Source of the DNA: Takakia lepidozioides
Taxonomy: Eukaryota; Plantae; Bryophyta
Direction of reading: 5' to 3'
Length of the DNA stretch: 64,000 bases
NCBI GenBank assembly: GCA_030704615.1
Contig: CM060733.1
Location: forward strand, 44,826,001 to 44,890,000
Positions 61,200-64,000 of the stretch are shown piece after piece. Made by a program: the position numbers and the translations under genes. The notes under the pieces were generated by a model. The model did not search any database. It had not been told where the DNA came from and saw only the letters and a program-made list of their open reading frames with translations. Every line of letters starts with the position of its first letter. Within the stretch, counting starts at the first letter, position 1.

Positions 61200-64000
61200 C
61201 TTAACTCTCTCTCACTTGTGTTGTTCTAAAGCCCCTTAGAACCCCACAGGCATAAATCCTTTTCCTCTCTACCACAGAAAATAATCCACAACTCAAGGGA
61301 AGGAGATGACCAATTACATGATGAAAACAACTCACATTGAACAAAGAAAAAAATCGTCGTATGTTGCTTTGAACATCCATCACAGCAATAAACAGCCCAT
61401 GGCAGTCTAGTAAGTCCATGAATGAGATTCTAAAGGCCAGGCCCCACTCACCCAGCAGACTCCTTAGCATCACTTTTTCCCAGCACAATGGACATAACTT
61501 GAAGCCTATCCATCCACTACTCTGATTGTTGGAACATTTTATAGGTTATCCCCTCATGCTAGGTTATGAAGGGATAAACTAGGATACAAATAAAAGAACT
61601 GCATACCTATGCAACCTTCCTACAGTCTGGGCAGAATAATGTGACATTGTAGCAACACATAGGTGCTGGCAATCGAGCATTTATGCCTAAGACTAGATAG
61701 ATAGCTTTGCTGATAAGAAAAAAGCCAATCACAATCAACTGAATACAAGTTTCTCCAAGAACTATACAAGGAGAACAAATGGAGCTTAATTCTTATACAT
61801 TTTGAGTGCCAATTGTGAAGATAGAGGGGTACAGCCCCAGAAATAAAAAGAAAGAAGGGCCACTCTATACCAGAAAATGATACTAGCACCCTCTGAAAAT
61901 GCTGTGGCAGAACGCAAAAGGCCCTCTGCCTCCTCTTGTGGGATTTCAAACAACTGCTACATCCACCATGGCCCATCATCACAATTTCAGATTCAGAAAA
62001 CTTCCAAGGAGCCATGTTTAACAACCAGGAGATATTCATGATGGTACAACCAAGCAATTTACAGCCTCCATAACTCAAGGACAAGTGAAATAAGGAACCA
62101 CAACAATACAACCTCCCTCACCCAAAGACAGGACAAACAACATCACAGAGACAGTCAAAGGACATGTCACGTGCTTGTATAAGAAAATGCAATAATCTGA
62201 CAGAAAATGAGGAAGAGTCGATGCCTTTGAAGAACACGCAATGTATGCCAGATGAAAATCGAAGTTCAATCTTTCGGTAGACCTGGGGCAATCATACCCA
62301 GCGATAAAAGAGGAGAGCAAATATCTGTGATGCAAATGACTGGCTCCATACTTGTACAAAGATTGGGAGGATTTCCTTTCCATCGTCTGGAACTTCTGCA
62401 TAGTGCTGTGCAAACACTTCATAAAAGCAAAGAGAGGGGCGATTGCCAGTGGCAGTCTTTGAAACTATGTCGCCATCTGGGATCTGTTCCGAACTATAGA
62501 GTCGTGCAGCAATTCCATCACCATAACAGCCACTTCAGCTACAAATGTAGCATTTTCATGCACAAGGGATAATTTTCCGACAATGACACAACGTCCAAAG
62601 GCCTCATGCAGAGGTATCAACCACTAGGGCCTCATGTCAGCCCAGGATTGCCATATCACTTCCACAAAACCGGAAGCAATCCTGAGGGTATAGTAGGCAG
62701 GCTTTGATAATGGTGCTATGAGCTCTTTCACCAGCTCCTCTATTCTATGGTAACAAGCACCTTCGGATTTATATCTACCACCTTGGAATCCATAACTCGC
62801 CCAATGGCATTTCTAGCGATTTGGGGCAATAACTCCTCCAACCACAAAAGCATAGAAAACAATCATGTGTAAGTTCAGATTGCCTCATGAAAGAAAGAGA
62901 TCACAGCAAAGGGATAGACAGCTACCTTGGGCCCGCGGGTCAACCTCCAAGGCTACATCAGTGAAGAGCTGGCGAAGCAGATCACCTCGCTCGGTTGGTG
63001 TGTCAAGCGCCTGTCATTCATACATAGAACCTTTATTCCCTCTCCTCTCTTGTGCTACAAAAATAGTTCAATACTGACGATTGGTTTGTCTTGGCAGGTA
63101 TGGGTCAGAAATCCCCCTATTGGCGGCTGAGGCGCTTTTCTATATTATAACGATGTCCGTAGCAATATTTGTTCGACGGCGGTTTGCATCTCCAGAAAGG
63201 ACACATCTGATGAAAGAATGTTTAAGTCGAGGACCTTGTGTGGAGCATGGACCAATCTGCCACCCTTCAGCCATTCAGGCAGTGGTTCTCATTGCGGTAT
63301 TCCCTTCTTCATCATCCCAACAACTGTCCATCCTTTCATGGGATGGGGTCTTTGTCTTCTTGGCTCCTTATCTCTACTCACTGTGATTATCAGCCTTGTC
63401 CAACTCCCAGTCTTAACCACATGCTGCAGGTGCAGGACAACTAACTAGAATCTTGATCATGCATTGCCATGATGAAGATCACCAGATTGGATTGGCGTCC
63501 ATTAACTTACAACAATCAAACAGAAGCATACAGTTGATGGGCTACAAACTTCTACCTTTATAGGGTGGATACACATTGATGCAGGGAATCACTACTCTTA
63601 GTCAAACCCAGCTGGATATCACACATTTCCCCAATTGATCCATCTACTCTGGGTCAGTAAAGAATCAAAGCATAAGGGCTTGCGTCATATCTGTAGCAGC
63701 AAGAGAGTGATTGTCACCAATAACGGAATTATTTTTCACTGCCGCTGCGCTCTCTCTCTGCAATTTCTGCTGTTCTACCGTGTCCTATGGCCTCTGGCCT
63801 TGCCCTGCATAACCTTCTTCTCCTCTCTCTCTCTCTAATAAGCCACCAGACAGCTGGAAAGCTACATTTTCACCCTAGAGAGAACTGATTGCCATCCAAC
63901 AATCAGGCAAGTCCCTGCCATGACAAGTGGACTAACACATGCGCAGAGATAAACCAAAATACAGGTCATTGTGTGGGGCACAGAGACATGAGATCAAAGG
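61200..64000. mobile_element. Probable highly degenerate LINE remnants
   Basis: LLAAEALFYI (~63120) resembles the LINE RT segment after QGDPLSP; no intact ORF. Confidence 0.25.

Overview
Repeat-rich nuclear DNA of a land plant, probably a non-seed plant (inferred from the PLS/DYW-type PPR genes and transposon families). There is a 500-N gap at 18554-19053. Left of the gap is a complete ~15.85 kb Mutator-like element (787-16636; ~250-bp TIRs, 9-bp TSD) with a decayed transposase and a Ulp1-protease gene. A non-autonomous CACTA (8006-13358; 3-bp TSD) is inserted in it and carries tandemly amplified, scrambled PPR-gene fragments. Right of the gap is a nested stack of elements showing only their right ends. 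The most notable content is two divergent, intron-containing genes fusing a ParB/Srx-like domain (DGNHR) to a beta-class N4/N6 DNA methyltransferase domain (PF01555-like). They lie in DNA-transposon-like units with related termini, near GCM-like and SWIM-containing transposase-like fragments. Each unit carries its own array of hairpin or palindromic sites: a 120-bp hairpin satellite, ATGAATTTCGGCGCCGAAATTCAT, or AAATGCGGCGCCGCATTT. Also present are a gypsy 3' half with LTR, a decayed chromovirus, an SSB-like OB-fold ORF near a Helitron-like end, a frameshifted PLS-E-DYW PPR gene and an apparently intact 5-exon CURT1A-like gene. All assignments are by eye from motifs; no database searches were run. 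Some frameshifts may be assembly errors.
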